The position numbers and the translations under genes were made by a program. A DNA stretch of 64,000 nt from an uncultured Gammaproteobacteria bacterium. GTDB taxonomy: Bacteria; Pseudomonadota; Gammaproteobacteria; Arenicellales; Poriferihabitantaceae. Shown here piece by piece: positions 18,109-27,608 of this stretch (position 1 is its first letter; each line of letters starts with the position of its first letter). The stretch is taken from assembly GCA_937992195.1 (NCBI GenBank), contig CALKKV010000009.1, positions 9,832-73,831 on the forward strand, given 5' to 3'. The notes under the pieces were generated by a model. It did not search any database and was not told the DNA's origin. It saw only the letters and a program-made list of their open reading frames with translations.

Positions 18109-19995
18109 TTAATACTTGACCCACCGCACTGGCTCCATCGCTCTTTTGATTGTTTGTTTCACCGGGGAAGGCTCATCGAGAATGTCACTGCAGAGTATTT
18201 CAGCGCAGAGCGATGCGGTACTGAATCCCCTCGATCCCAATGCGCCGATCACGTACAAACCGGGTAGATAGGGTTGAGTTTCTGGAGAAGTAGATTGTCG
18301 CGCTTTGTTGAGAGCTGAAAAAAACGCCATATTTGGTAAAGCCCCAACCAAGGGGTATCGTGTTTTTGTGGCGATGCGTGTGGCTGAATGAGCGGTTGAT
18401 AAACTACCTAACTGAGAAGCAAAGTCGGGCAGGTGATTTTTGAGCTGTAGGAAATTGCGCTCATCTGCGGTATTAAGTTCTTTTGTAAGATGGTTTACGC
18501 GATCAAATGTCGCGCCAACCAGATGCTGGTTGTTAACCGATGGTGTGACGTAACCATCATGCTGGATGACGCAACGCAATGATTCTGTGATGCTTGATGA
18601 TTGCGCAAAAGTTGTTTGTCCCTCAACTGAATCCACCGGGAGGCTGTTAAACGTTAGTTCAGACAAGGAGTTTCCACTGGCAATGATTAGCAGCTGGGCT
18701 GAAATTTCTTTTCTACCAGTCAGATGGATTTTCCAGGCTTTATCCAAATACTCCATCGTTTTAACCTGTTGCGAGTAATTCACTGAAATATTCGTGTGAT
18801 CTAGCAGAAGTCGAACAATTGTATTTGGGGTTATCCAGCCGCCTTGGGGGAAGTAGAGCGCTGGTTTGTTTAATTTTATTCCTGCGATTTCGCTGGCTTT
18901 CTCTGCGGTTATCGCTGAAACGATGGAATGCGATAATTGCCTCTGTGCAATGTTTTGCCACTGTTTTTCTCTGAGTTCGTTGGTAACCAGATTGAGCACG
19001 CCACATTGATTCCATGCTGAATGAGACGGCGCTATTTGCGATAGCTGAGAGATAGCGTTGAGATATGCGCTGATCGAAAACTCTTCTTCGATCGAAGGTT
19101 TCGCGTTAAGTTTGGGGGAAATTATTGCGCGAGGATTTCCCGAAGCCTCTGCACCAGCTGTGCTGTTTTGTTCTAGCACCTCAACGGTAAAACCTCTCTG
19201 AGCAAGCTTATTGGCAACCTGTGCTCCGGCGATCCCTGCACCAATAACTACGGCTCTACTCTGCCCAACAAAGGCGCTGCTTGAGTTCCGCCAGGGCTCA
19301 AGAAGTCTGACTCTGGGTGACTTTTCCAGTGATCCAACCGTCATCTCCCTTTTTTTTCCAAAGCCTTGAACCTTGGCCACATTGAAGCCAGCTTCGGTAA
19401 GTCCCCGCCTAACATGACCAGCTGCAGAGAATGTCGCAATGGAAGCACCCGGATGGCTGAGCCTTGCGAGATGGCGAAAGACAGCCAAGGACCACATATC
19501 AGGGTTCTTAGAGGGTGCAAAACCGTCCAGGTACCAACAGTCAATTCTTGCCTCTAATTGTGCCAGAGCAGGAAGTATGTCTTGCAGACAGAGTGTCAGA
19601 CAAATGCAGTGGTTATCCAGCCAAACACGATGAGTTCCGTGATAAGCAACGGGATACTTGGCAATGAGTTTTTTAGAAAGCTCAGCTAATTCCGGGAACA
19701 GGTCATGGCTTTGTGCAAGCTGATTTGCGGTAAGCGGATGCTTCTCTACGGAAATATAATGTAAAACCTTAGGCCGATTACTGCAGCTTTGCCAAAAATT
19801 CCAGGTGGCAAGAAAGTTTAACCCTGTTCCAAAACCTGTTTCGCCGATTACAAAATGAGTTTTATCTTTCCATCTGTCTGATAGTTGATTGCCACCGATG
19901 AAAACGTGCTGGCTTTCCAGGAGTCCGTATTCGGGAGAGAAGTAAATATCCTGATAAGTGGAAGAAAACGGCGCCTGGTTCTCGAAAGTAAACAT
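18109..19995 (-). CDS. mnmC: Bifunctional tRNA (mnm5s2U34) methyltransferase / FAD-dependent cmnm5s2U34 oxidoreductase MnmC
   Basis: 628 aa. The N-terminus DIYFS...VFIGGNQL...ETGFGTGLNF (methyltransferase) and a central VIGAGIAGA FAD-binding domain match E. coli MnmC architecture. Confidence 0.9.
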   Translation of the reverse strand: MFTFENQAPFSSTYQDIYFSPEYGLLESQHVFIGGNQLSDRWKDKTHFVIGETGFGTGLNFLATWNFWQSCSNRPKVLHYISVEKHPLTANQLAQSHDLFPELAELSKKLIAKYPVAYHGTHRVWLDNHCICLTLCLQDILPALAQLEARIDCWYLDGFAPSKNPDMWSLAVFRHLARLSHPGASIATFSAAGHVRRGLTEAGFNVAKVQGFGKKREMTVGSLEKSPRVRLLEPWRNSSSAFVGQSRAVVIGAGIAGAQVANKLAQRGFTVEVLEQNSTAGAEASGNPRAIISPKLNAKPSIEEEFSISAYLNAISQLSQIAPSHSAWNQCGVLNLVTNELREKQWQNIAQRQLSHSIVSAITAEKASEIAGIKLNKPALYFPQGGWITPNTIVRLLLDHTNISVNYSQQVKTMEYLDKAWKIHLTGRKEISAQLLIIASGNSLSELTFNSLPVDSVEGQTTFAQSSSITESLRCVIQHDGYVTPSVNNQHLVGATFDRVNHLTKELNTADERNFLQLKNHLPDFASQLGSLSTAHSATRIATKTRYPLVGALPNMAFFSALNKARQSTSPETQPYLPGLYVIGALGSRGFSTASLCAEILCSDILDEPSPVKQTIKRAMEPVRWVKY

Positions 19996-20096
19996 CGCCT
20001 AACCTTCGGAAGATATCAAACTAGATCCAACATAGCGGAGGATTAAAAATCAAATGAATCTAAGGAATCGCTCATTTTAGTTTATATATTTGGTGA

Positions 20097-20909
20097 TTAC
20101 TGAGATTTCTGTTGAGCCTCTCTAAGCTCGCGGTTCCGCACAATAACGGTCGATAGTAATTGATCATGGTTGATATCTATTGTGTCTATCATCTCCCCAG
20201 TTTCACGATCAATGATCATCGCAGGATTGCCATACCTACAGTAGACAGGTAAAGCGCTAACCTCCTTGCTCGTTTTCCCGTGCTTTGTTAAAAAAGCGGC
20301 GATTTTCGGTTTGAGATCTGGTACTGCATCTCCAGTCTCATCGAGGTCAAAGCCGTACTGTGCTGCATCTATGAGCGCTTCGTTAGTAAGCGGACGATAA
20401 AGATCTCCTCGTTTAAAAATTGGGGTTTTACGAGAGTTTTCTTGTACAAACTTTTTACGCTCTTCTGGATTTTTAGGTAATTCAACATATCCCATTGCGG
20501 GGTGTCGAGATTTCAATGACTCTAATGTTGTATCCGAAATGTTGGACTCATCCATTAGGGTCTTAGTCATTGAGACAAAATGGTCATTCGAAAAGATCAC
20601 AAGTCTGGTCCGTTGATCCGCTACAATCCAGCAGCCTGCAATAAGCGCACCAATCTGGATGATTCCAATTATAGTGAGATCCCTCTTCAGTAGATGTCTG
20701 GCTTTTTTGATGTTAAACACAGCAAGTGTCAACATTGGACCCAGCACCAGATCGACGCCTATAATGAGCTGAATTCCCTGCCAACCTCCATCATATTTAA
20801 AAAATGGAGGTGGATACCAGATGTAAACAATTACGTAGAGCAGTGCTAAAAACAGCACGAGACTGATACCGAGATGAATCAGAAAGGCTTTGATTCTTGG
20901 GCTGATCAT
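20097..20909 (-). CDS. Inner-membrane protein, possibly type IV pilin accessory (FimB/TfpZ-like) family
   Basis: Three predicted TM helices and the segment KAFLIHLGISL...WYPPPFFKYDGGWQG...VDLVLGPMLTL. From memory this resembles pilin accessory proteins; not verified. The ATG at 20909 is preferred to 20957. Confidence 0.55.
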   Translation of the reverse strand: MISPRIKAFLIHLGISLVLFLALLYVIVYIWYPPPFFKYDGGWQGIQLIIGVDLVLGPMLTLAVFNIKKARHLLKRDLTIIGIIQIGALIAGCWIVADQRTRLVIFSNDHFVSMTKTLMDESNISDTTLESLKSRHPAMGYVELPKNPEERKKFVQENSRKTPIFKRGDLYRPLTNEALIDAAQYGFDLDETGDAVPDLKPKIAAFLTKHGKTSKEVSALPVYCRYGNPAMIIDRETGEMIDTIDINHDQLLSTVIVRNRELREAQQKSQ

Positions 20910-20979
20910 GGTGCAGGAAGTAAAACTCAAAATGAAAAAACGGGCGGATTTTATCAAAATATGGTTAAAAATTAAGTCA

Positions 20980-21225
20980 TTAGCTAACTAGTTTGGACTT
21001 TCCCGCTTTTGTTAGACGTTTAATCTCAGCCTCCCGTCGACACGCATCGCTTCTACTGGTGGCGGACTCTTTGTAGACCAGAACTACTGGCTGCCTGCCT
21101 CTAGTATAACGAGTAGTTGAATCGGCACTATTATGTTCCTGTAGTCTGCGACTTAGATTCGTGGTGACGCCGGTATACAAAGAGTTGTCATTACACTTAA
21201 GGATATACACAAACCAGTCGGACAT
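20980..21225 (-). CDS. GIY-YIG nuclease family protein (UPF0213/YhbQ-like)
   Basis: WFVYILKCNDNSLYTGVTTNLSRRLQEHN is the GIY-YIG core. 81 aa. Confidence 0.85.
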   Translation of the reverse strand: MSDWFVYILKCNDNSLYTGVTTNLSRRLQEHNSADSTTRYTRGRQPVVLVYKESATSRSDACRREAEIKRLTKAGKSKLVS

Positions 21226-21240
21226 TGTTTGTCTTCTAGA

Positions 21241-21780
21241 TCAACTTGAGAGTGTAATAGGTTCAAGTCTGGAGCGACATTTTTTGCAACAATAGGTCTG
21301 GCCTTTTAATATTCGATTATGTCGAATACTGCTCACTTTATGGTCCTGGCAATGACAGCGATAGGCATAATGTTTTAGGCACCGTAGTGGCACTCTCTCG
21401 AGGTCGTAATTGCAAGTGGTTTTGGGTTCCCTCCCAAAAGCGATCATTACATTCTGCCACTCTCGTCCATGTGGCTTGATATTGCGGCGACCGAATAACA
21501 CATTGACCACATAGTGTGCGACTTCATGAGGCACGGTATCGTAACTATTTTGGTCATAATCCAAGGCGAAGATCCAGGGGTTAAATCTGATCTCCTGTAC
21601 GCCCTTTTTTACTCTAAACATGCCCGCAGATTGACCTTTTAAATCAAACAGCACTGGTATTTTCGGGAGGGGTGTCAAGAAAAGATGTTCCGCTGTATCA
21701 ATAAAATGCGTAGTTAGTTCGACAACTTCAGATTTTTGTCGATCGTTTATGGGTAAAATTTGCGCAGAGATTTGCGTCAT
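21241..21780 (-). CDS. sprT: SprT-family zinc metallopeptidase-like protein
   Basis: HExxH (VPHEVAHYV) followed by a Cys-rich C-terminal zinc ribbon (YRCHC...YCCKKC). Confidence 0.8.
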   Translation of the reverse strand: MTQISAQILPINDRQKSEVVELTTHFIDTAEHLFLTPLPKIPVLFDLKGQSAGMFRVKKGVQEIRFNPWIFALDYDQNSYDTVPHEVAHYVVNVLFGRRNIKPHGREWQNVMIAFGREPKTTCNYDLERVPLRCLKHYAYRCHCQDHKVSSIRHNRILKGQTYCCKKCRSRLEPITLSS

Positions 21781-21860
21781 GAAACAGGGCGGAATGGAGG
21801 TTGAATGACATACAATACGACCTCAATTATAAGCCATTTAGAATTTCTTCTTTTCTCCGT

Positions 21861-24791
21861 ATGCATGAATTTGTTCCCGGACAGCGCTGGATTAATGACG
21901 CGCAGTTACAAATGGGGCTGGGTACAGTGCTCAGCACTGATTTTAGAACAGTCACGATTATATTCATGGCAGCGGAGGAGACATTCGTATATGCCAAAGA
22001 GTCGGTTCCACTTACCCGTGTAAGGTTCGCCCGCGGAGATCAGATCATGACCGCCGATGAGCAGGAGCTGGAGGTCGTTGACGTGGCAGAAGAAGGAGGG
22101 CTTTTCGTTTACTCCGGAAAGAACAACAATAATGAAGTTCAGACTGTAAGGGAAGATGCACTCAATAATTTTATCCAGCTTAACAGGCCTTCAGAACGAC
22201 TGTTTAACGGGCAGATAGATCGCAGCAACTGGTTTGAAGTGCGTTATCAGACGCAGCTTTTAAGAACGCAGGTTGCTCAGAATCCGATTCGAGGACTCGC
22301 AGGGGGTAGGGTCAGCCTGATCCCACATCAGTTGTACATTGCCAACGAGGTGGCCAATCGTTATGCGCCCAGGGTCTTGCTGGCGGACGAGGTGGGTCTT
22401 GGTAAAACCATTGAAGCCGGAATGATTTTACATCATCAACTGGTAACCGAACGTGCACGTCGTGTATTGATTGTGGTACCTGAAAGCCTGGTTCACCAAT
22501 GGCTGGTAGAAATGCTACGGCGGTTTAATCTTCAGTTTAAGGTGTTTGACGCTGAGCGCATGGCGTCTTATGAATCGGAAGACCATGATGAAGGTCAAGA
22601 TGATGATCTTCCTTCCTCGCTACGGGAACAGCCCGAAAACCCTTTTCAAAGTGAGCAGCTGGTCCTCTGCAGCCTCGAGTTTTTATGCTCGCGTCCCGAC
22701 TATTACAAACAATGCCGGGACGGTGAGTGGGATCTGTTGGTTGTCGATGAGGCGCACCATCTTGAGTGGTCTGAACAGGATCCAGGTTTTGAATATCAGC
22801 TGATTGAACAGCTAGCGCAACGGATCAAGGGCATCTTGCTGCTGACTGCGACACCGGAACAACTGGGGAAGTCCAGTCACTTTGCCCGTCTGCATTTGCT
22901 TGATCCAGACCGCTTTCCTGACTTTCGACAGTTTGAAGAGGAAGAAGAACGCTACGAACCGGTTGCACGGGCGATTGATTCGCTTTTAGTCGAGGGCGCT
23001 TCGGTGGCAGCTGAAGCATTGGAGATTATTAGGATGCAGCTGGGTGCTAATGCGGATGAAGCTTGTGCTGTTCTTTCTGAAGCGAGTTCGGATGAAGAGG
23101 CGCAGAACGCCGCAATCGATTATCTGGTTCGTAGCCTGGTCGATCGACACGGTACAGGCCGGGTGCTGTTTCGCAATACGCGGTCTGCAGTACAGGGATT
23201 TCCAGAAAGGATAGTTCATCCCTACGCGTTACCGCTTCCGCAAGAATATAGCAAAGCCTTTAAGGAGCTTGAAGGCGCACAGCTATCGGAATTGCAGCTG
23301 CTTTTATGCCCGGAGCTTCTGTATCAGGCTATCTCGATTGATCAAAGTTGGACCCATGTGGATACAAGGGTGGAAGCGTTGGCAGATATTTTGCAACAGT
23401 ATCGTCTCGACAAAATTCTGGTGATTGCCGCCAGCGCGGATACCGCTTTGGATTTGGCTGAATGGTTGCGCGTGTCGAAGGGTGTGCATGCCGCAGTATT
23501 TCATGAGGGTATGAGCCTGCTTGAACGCGATCGAGCCGCAGCTTTTTTTGCAGATCAAATTTCGGGAACACAGATCTTAATTTGCTCCGAGATTGGCAGT
23601 GAAGGGCGAAACTTTCAGTTCTCCCACCATTTAGTCTTGTTTGATTTGCCGCTAAATCCCGATCTATTAGAGCAGCGAATCGGTCGCTTGGACCGGATAG
23701 GTCAAACAGAAACGATTCATTTGCATGTTTTGTATATGCAAAATACTGCACAAGAAATCATGTTTCGCTGGTATGAGGAATCGCTCAATGCTTTTTCTCA
23801 AACCTGTCCTGTGGGGCATGCAGTTTTTGCTAGAGTCGAGGATGAAGTTACCGCTGCGCTACATCATCCCTCTAAAGATTATGGGGAGATTATTTCCAAT
23901 AGTGCAGAACATGCACGTATTTTGTCAGCGGCATTGCAACAGGGCAGAGACCGCTTGCTTGAATTTAATTCGTGTCGACCGGAGGTCGCCTTAGCTCTAA
24001 GTGAGCAGGTGCAGGAGCAAGACCACACCGATACTTTGCAGCATTATATGGAAACAGTTTTTGATTGTTTCGGTATTGACCACGAGATTCACTCGGAAGA
24101 GTGTTATGCGATACATCCTGGTACGCATATGACAATGCCTTTGACGCAGTTGCCGGATGAAGGAATGACTGTCACCTACAAGCGAGACGTCGCGCTCTCC
24201 TATGAGGATGTTAATTATTTAAGCTGGGATCATCCGTTGGTTACAGGTGCTATGGACATGGTGCTTGCTGGAGAGCTTGGAAATACATCGGTTATAGCGG
24301 TGCCTATTGAAGGAGTCGCCCGCGGCACAATTTTATTGGAGAGTATTTTTATCCTGGAGTCGGTCTCGAATAAAGCGCTACAGAGCGATCGGTACTTACC
24401 GGCGACCGCAATCAGAGTGTTTATAGATCAAAAGGGTAAGCGATTTGACAAGCTTCCAAGCTATCGAACAATTGAGACCCCCGGGGAGCGGTTAAAGCCA
24501 GATATGATGCGAAAAATTCTCGGTGCAAAAGAACCTTTGCTGCGTAAGATGTTAGCAGCGAGCGAAAAATTAGCGCAGCGACTTTCCCCTGATTATCTCG
24601 CAGACGCTGTCAATAGCAGTCAGCGCACCCTGCAGACGGAAATTGATCGGCTGGAGGCGATGATTGAAATCAATCCTAATGTGAGGGCTGAGGAGCTGGA
24701 GTTTTTCCAGTCACAGCTGAAGGAAGTAACGCAAAGACTGGAGCAGTCGCAGCTGCGGCTGGATGCGATGCGCGTGATCATTGCCACTTGA
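21861..24791 (+). CDS. rapA: RNA polymerase-associated SWI2/SNF2 ATPase RapA (HepA)
   Basis: The N-terminus MHEFVPGQRWINDAQLQMGLGTV parallels E. coli RapA (FTLGQRWISDTE..LGLGTV). Also DEVGLGKTIEAG, the DEAH box LVVDEAHHL and the helicase C motif. The ORF-track TTG at 21801 was trimmed. Confidence 0.93.
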   Translation: MHEFVPGQRWINDAQLQMGLGTVLSTDFRTVTIIFMAAEETFVYAKESVPLTRVRFARGDQIMTADEQELEVVDVAEEGGLFVYSGKNNNNEVQTVREDALNNFIQLNRPSERLFNGQIDRSNWFEVRYQTQLLRTQVAQNPIRGLAGGRVSLIPHQLYIANEVANRYAPRVLLADEVGLGKTIEAGMILHHQLVTERARRVLIVVPESLVHQWLVEMLRRFNLQFKVFDAERMASYESEDHDEGQDDDLPSSLREQPENPFQSEQLVLCSLEFLCSRPDYYKQCRDGEWDLLVVDEAHHLEWSEQDPGFEYQLIEQLAQRIKGILLLTATPEQLGKSSHFARLHLLDPDRFPDFRQFEEEEERYEPVARAIDSLLVEGASVAAEALEIIRMQLGANADEACAVLSEASSDEEAQNAAIDYLVRSLVDRHGTGRVLFRNTRSAVQGFPERIVHPYALPLPQEYSKAFKELEGAQLSELQLLLCPELLYQAISIDQSWTHVDTRVEALADILQQYRLDKILVIAASADTALDLAEWLRVSKGVHAAVFHEGMSLLERDRAAAFFADQISGTQILICSEIGSEGRNFQFSHHLVLFDLPLNPDLLEQRIGRLDRIGQTETIHLHVLYMQNTAQEIMFRWYEESLNAFSQTCPVGHAVFARVEDEVTAALHHPSKDYGEIISNSAEHARILSAALQQGRDRLLEFNSCRPEVALALSEQVQEQDHTDTLQHYMETVFDCFGIDHEIHSEECYAIHPGTHMTMPLTQLPDEGMTVTYKRDVALSYEDVNYLSWDHPLVTGAMDMVLAGELGNTSVIAVPIEGVARGTILLESIFILESVSNKALQSDRYLPATAIRVFIDQKGKRFDKLPSYRTIETPGERLKPDMMRKILGAKEPLLRKMLAASEKLAQRLSPDYLADAVNSSQRTLQTEIDRLEAMIEINPNVRAEELEFFQSQLKEVTQRLEQSQLRLDAMRVIIAT

Positions 24792-24810
24792 ACATTCTCA
24801 ATTAGCATCA

Positions 24811-25800
24811 ATGGAAGATCCGGTTCTGGCATTTCAACAACTCGCTCCAGAACAAATTTTGGATGCGGTGGAAGCTTGTGGTGTGGAGTGTGATGGCCGC
24901 TTTCTCGCACTGAACAGCTATGAAAACAGAGTTTATCAAATTGGTGTGGAGCAGGATTCGCCTATTGTTGCGAAGTTTTATCGGCCACAGCGATGGTCGG
25001 ACGTGGCTATTTGTGAAGAGCATCAATTTACCCTGGAGCTAGCGGACGCAGAAGTACCTGTGATTGCTCCCATGATTTTGGAAGATGGCCAGTCCCTGCT
25101 TTTGTCCTCGCCTTTCCGTTTTAGTCTCTATCCGTGTCGCGGCGGTCGCGCACCTGAGTTAGATAATGCCGATCATCTCGAGATGCTTGGGCGCTTTGTC
25201 GGACGAATGCATGTGGTTGGGGCAGCTTCCAACTACAGACATCGTCCGGAAATTTCTCTGGAAAGCTATATCGATGCGCCCAGTGCTTTTGTTTCCAATC
25301 ATGATTTTATTCCAAGCCATCTTGAAGAAGCCTGGCATTCCCTGATTGAAATGATTCGGCAGCAGATAGGTAACTGTTATAGCAGAGCAGGGAATGTGGC
25401 GAGTATGCGGTTACATGGCGATCTGCATCATGGCAATGTGCTATGGACAGATGACGGTCCTCACGTCGTTGATTTTGATGACGCGCGCATGGGGCCAGCG
25501 ATACAGGATGTTTGGATGTTTTTATCAGGCGATCGGGCTTATCAAACTGCACGTTTGGCCGACTTTCTCGATGGCTATACCCGATTTATGGATTTTAATC
25601 CATCGGAGTTGCATCTCATCGAAGCGCTGCGAACCATGAGAATGGTGCATCACGCGGGCTGGTTAGCTTCAAGGTGGGAGGACCCGGCGTTTCCAATCGC
25701 TTTTCCCTGGTTTAATTCGATCAAATATTGGGAGCAGCTGATATTAGACTTGAAGGAGCAGTCGGCACTAATGGACGAAGAGCCTTTGATTTGGCATTAA
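24811..25800 (+). CDS. srkA: Stress response serine/threonine kinase SrkA (YihE)
   Basis: LNSYENRVYQ, KFYRPQRWS, EEHQF and HGDLHHGNVLW match YihE/SrkA. The ATG at 24811 is preferred over the TTG at 24781, which overlaps rapA. Confidence 0.88.
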   Translation: MEDPVLAFQQLAPEQILDAVEACGVECDGRFLALNSYENRVYQIGVEQDSPIVAKFYRPQRWSDVAICEEHQFTLELADAEVPVIAPMILEDGQSLLLSSPFRFSLYPCRGGRAPELDNADHLEMLGRFVGRMHVVGAASNYRHRPEISLESYIDAPSAFVSNHDFIPSHLEEAWHSLIEMIRQQIGNCYSRAGNVASMRLHGDLHHGNVLWTDDGPHVVDFDDARMGPAIQDVWMFLSGDRAYQTARLADFLDGYTRFMDFNPSELHLIEALRTMRMVHHAGWLASRWEDPAFPIAFPWFNSIKYWEQLILDLKEQSALMDEEPLIWH

Positions 25801-25869
25801 GTTTTTGCTATCCATTGGTTAATATGACTTGGGAGCAGCTGATCCACCAAAGTGTTAGATGCATATTAA

Positions 25870-26577
25870 TCAAGCCCCAAGCTGGTCAGCTAAATCGAGG
25901 AAATCCTGGGCAACATAGGTCCAGTCCTTTTCCGCTTTCAAATCCTTGTCTTGATTAGGGCCATATTCAGTCGGTCGGGTGATAAAGGCGGTTTTTAAAC
26001 CTAGTGCCTCTGCGGCAAAAAGATCATCGTTGTGAGCGGCTACCATTGCCACTTGATCCGGTACCAAGCCCAGCATACTAACTGAGTTCAGGTAGGCCTC
26101 TGGTTGCTTTTTATAGTGCCCGGTGACCTCTGCGCCGAGCACCATATCCCAAGGCAGGTCCGAATGTTTTGCCATGTCTACGATTAAGGCAACATTGCCG
26201 TTAGAGCAAGTGGCGATGGTAAAACGACGCTTTAACTTGTGTAGCCCCTGAGATGCATCGGGCCAGGGTTTTAAGCGATGCCAAGCCTTGTTTAGATGAT
26301 CAATGTCATCTTCGCTCCAGTCGGTGATGCCATATCTTTGTATTAGATGATCTAGGCTTTCTCGGTGCAATACATCAAGCGTTGTCCAGGGCCTTACGCC
26401 GGCGCGAACTTCTTCCATAGAAGGCTGATACAGACCGCGCCAGTCGTCGACAAAGTCAGCCCAATCTATCGTTAGCCCCTTGTCGCGATTGATCGCTTGT
26501 CCTTCCTCAATAATCGACGATCGCCAATCGACTACGGTACCGAATACATCAAATAATAGTGCGCGAATTGGCTGCAT
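25870..26577 (-). CDS. HAD-superfamily hydrolase, haloacid dehalogenase type II-like
   Basis: Motif I LLFDVFGTVVDW, with downstream SNG and the D-containing motif AAHNDD. 235 aa. Confidence 0.75.
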   Translation of the reverse strand: MQPIRALLFDVFGTVVDWRSSIIEEGQAINRDKGLTIDWADFVDDWRGLYQPSMEEVRAGVRPWTTLDVLHRESLDHLIQRYGITDWSEDDIDHLNKAWHRLKPWPDASQGLHKLKRRFTIATCSNGNVALIVDMAKHSDLPWDMVLGAEVTGHYKKQPEAYLNSVSMLGLVPDQVAMVAAHNDDLFAAEALGLKTAFITRPTEYGPNQDKDLKAEKDWTYVAQDFLDLADQLGA

Positions 26578-26606
26578 AAGTTATTTCTGGTAGTGATTGT
26601 TAAAAT

Positions 26607-27365
26607 TTAAACCGCTGCCAGCAGCAGTTTCAGTTTAGCCAATATTAGCGTGAGATCGGATTGGCGCGAAAGTCGATGACCCGCGTCCTTCAGCAACGTA
26701 AGCTCTGCGTTATTGCTCTCCAGTTGTTCCAATATCCGAGTGCTTACCTGCCAGGGAACGTCGGGGTCGTCAATGCTGTGAATCAGACGTGTCGGAATGT
26801 TGATTTCAATCGGCTGATCAAGAAGTAAATACTGGCGACCGTCTTCGATCAGTTTTTTGGTATAGATATAGGGATGCTCATCATATGTCGACGGTCGTTC
26901 GACGTATCCTTGATTGATTAACTGTTCGCGCTCAAAGTTATTCAATCTTGAATCAAATAATATCTTGGTGAAATCTGCAGCGCTAGCGATGCCAAGCATG
27001 CCTGCAATTCGTTCAGGGCGCCGAATTGCGGCCAGCAGCATAATCCAGGCGCCCATCGATGAGCCAACCAGAACCAGCGACTGCTGATCGATGTGATCTA
27101 TCATAGCCAGTGTATCCTCTAGCCAGTCACCAATGCATCCGTCTTCAAATTTGCCATCAGATTCACCGTGTCCTCGGTAGTCGAACCGCGTGTATGCACG
27201 TTGATTGTCGCGACACCAGGACTCTAATGTTGTCGCTTTAGTTCCTCTCATACTGGAATTGAATCCTCCGAGAAACATGACTCCAGGAGAGTCACCATCA
27301 AAATGTTGATACATCAACTGTTCGTTCGAAGGCAGTTGGATAGACTGCAGCTTGGATTTTTTCAT
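26607..27365 (-). CDS. Alpha/beta-fold hydrolase
   Basis: Nucleophile elbow GSSMGA and HG-containing N-region; C-terminal DAGH. The ATG at 27365 is preferred to the TTG at 27386. Confidence 0.7.
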   Translation of the reverse strand: MKKSKLQSIQLPSNEQLMYQHFDGDSPGVMFLGGFNSSMRGTKATTLESWCRDNQRAYTRFDYRGHGESDGKFEDGCIGDWLEDTLAMIDHIDQQSLVLVGSSMGAWIMLLAAIRRPERIAGMLGIASAADFTKILFDSRLNNFEREQLINQGYVERPSTYDEHPYIYTKKLIEDGRQYLLLDQPIEINIPTRLIHSIDDPDVPWQVSTRILEQLESNNAELTLLKDAGHRLSRQSDLTLILAKLKLLLAAV

Positions 27366-27608
27366 AAAAAAGAAGTCGTGCAACAAATAGCGGTGCGCAG
27401 ATATGTAGATGGATGTAAGGCGGGGGTAATGCTCGTTGATTTTGTAGCAAATTACGAGCTTTATTTAATCTACTTAGTTGTAAGAAACTCTAAGGTGTTG
27501 TTTTATTTCAAGCCGTTTTGTTGGCGGATCAATGTCGAATTGTCAGCGAGTTTTGTTACAATTTCTTTCCCAAATCTCTTCTACTTTTAACTCTGGAGCA
27601 TCGAAATT

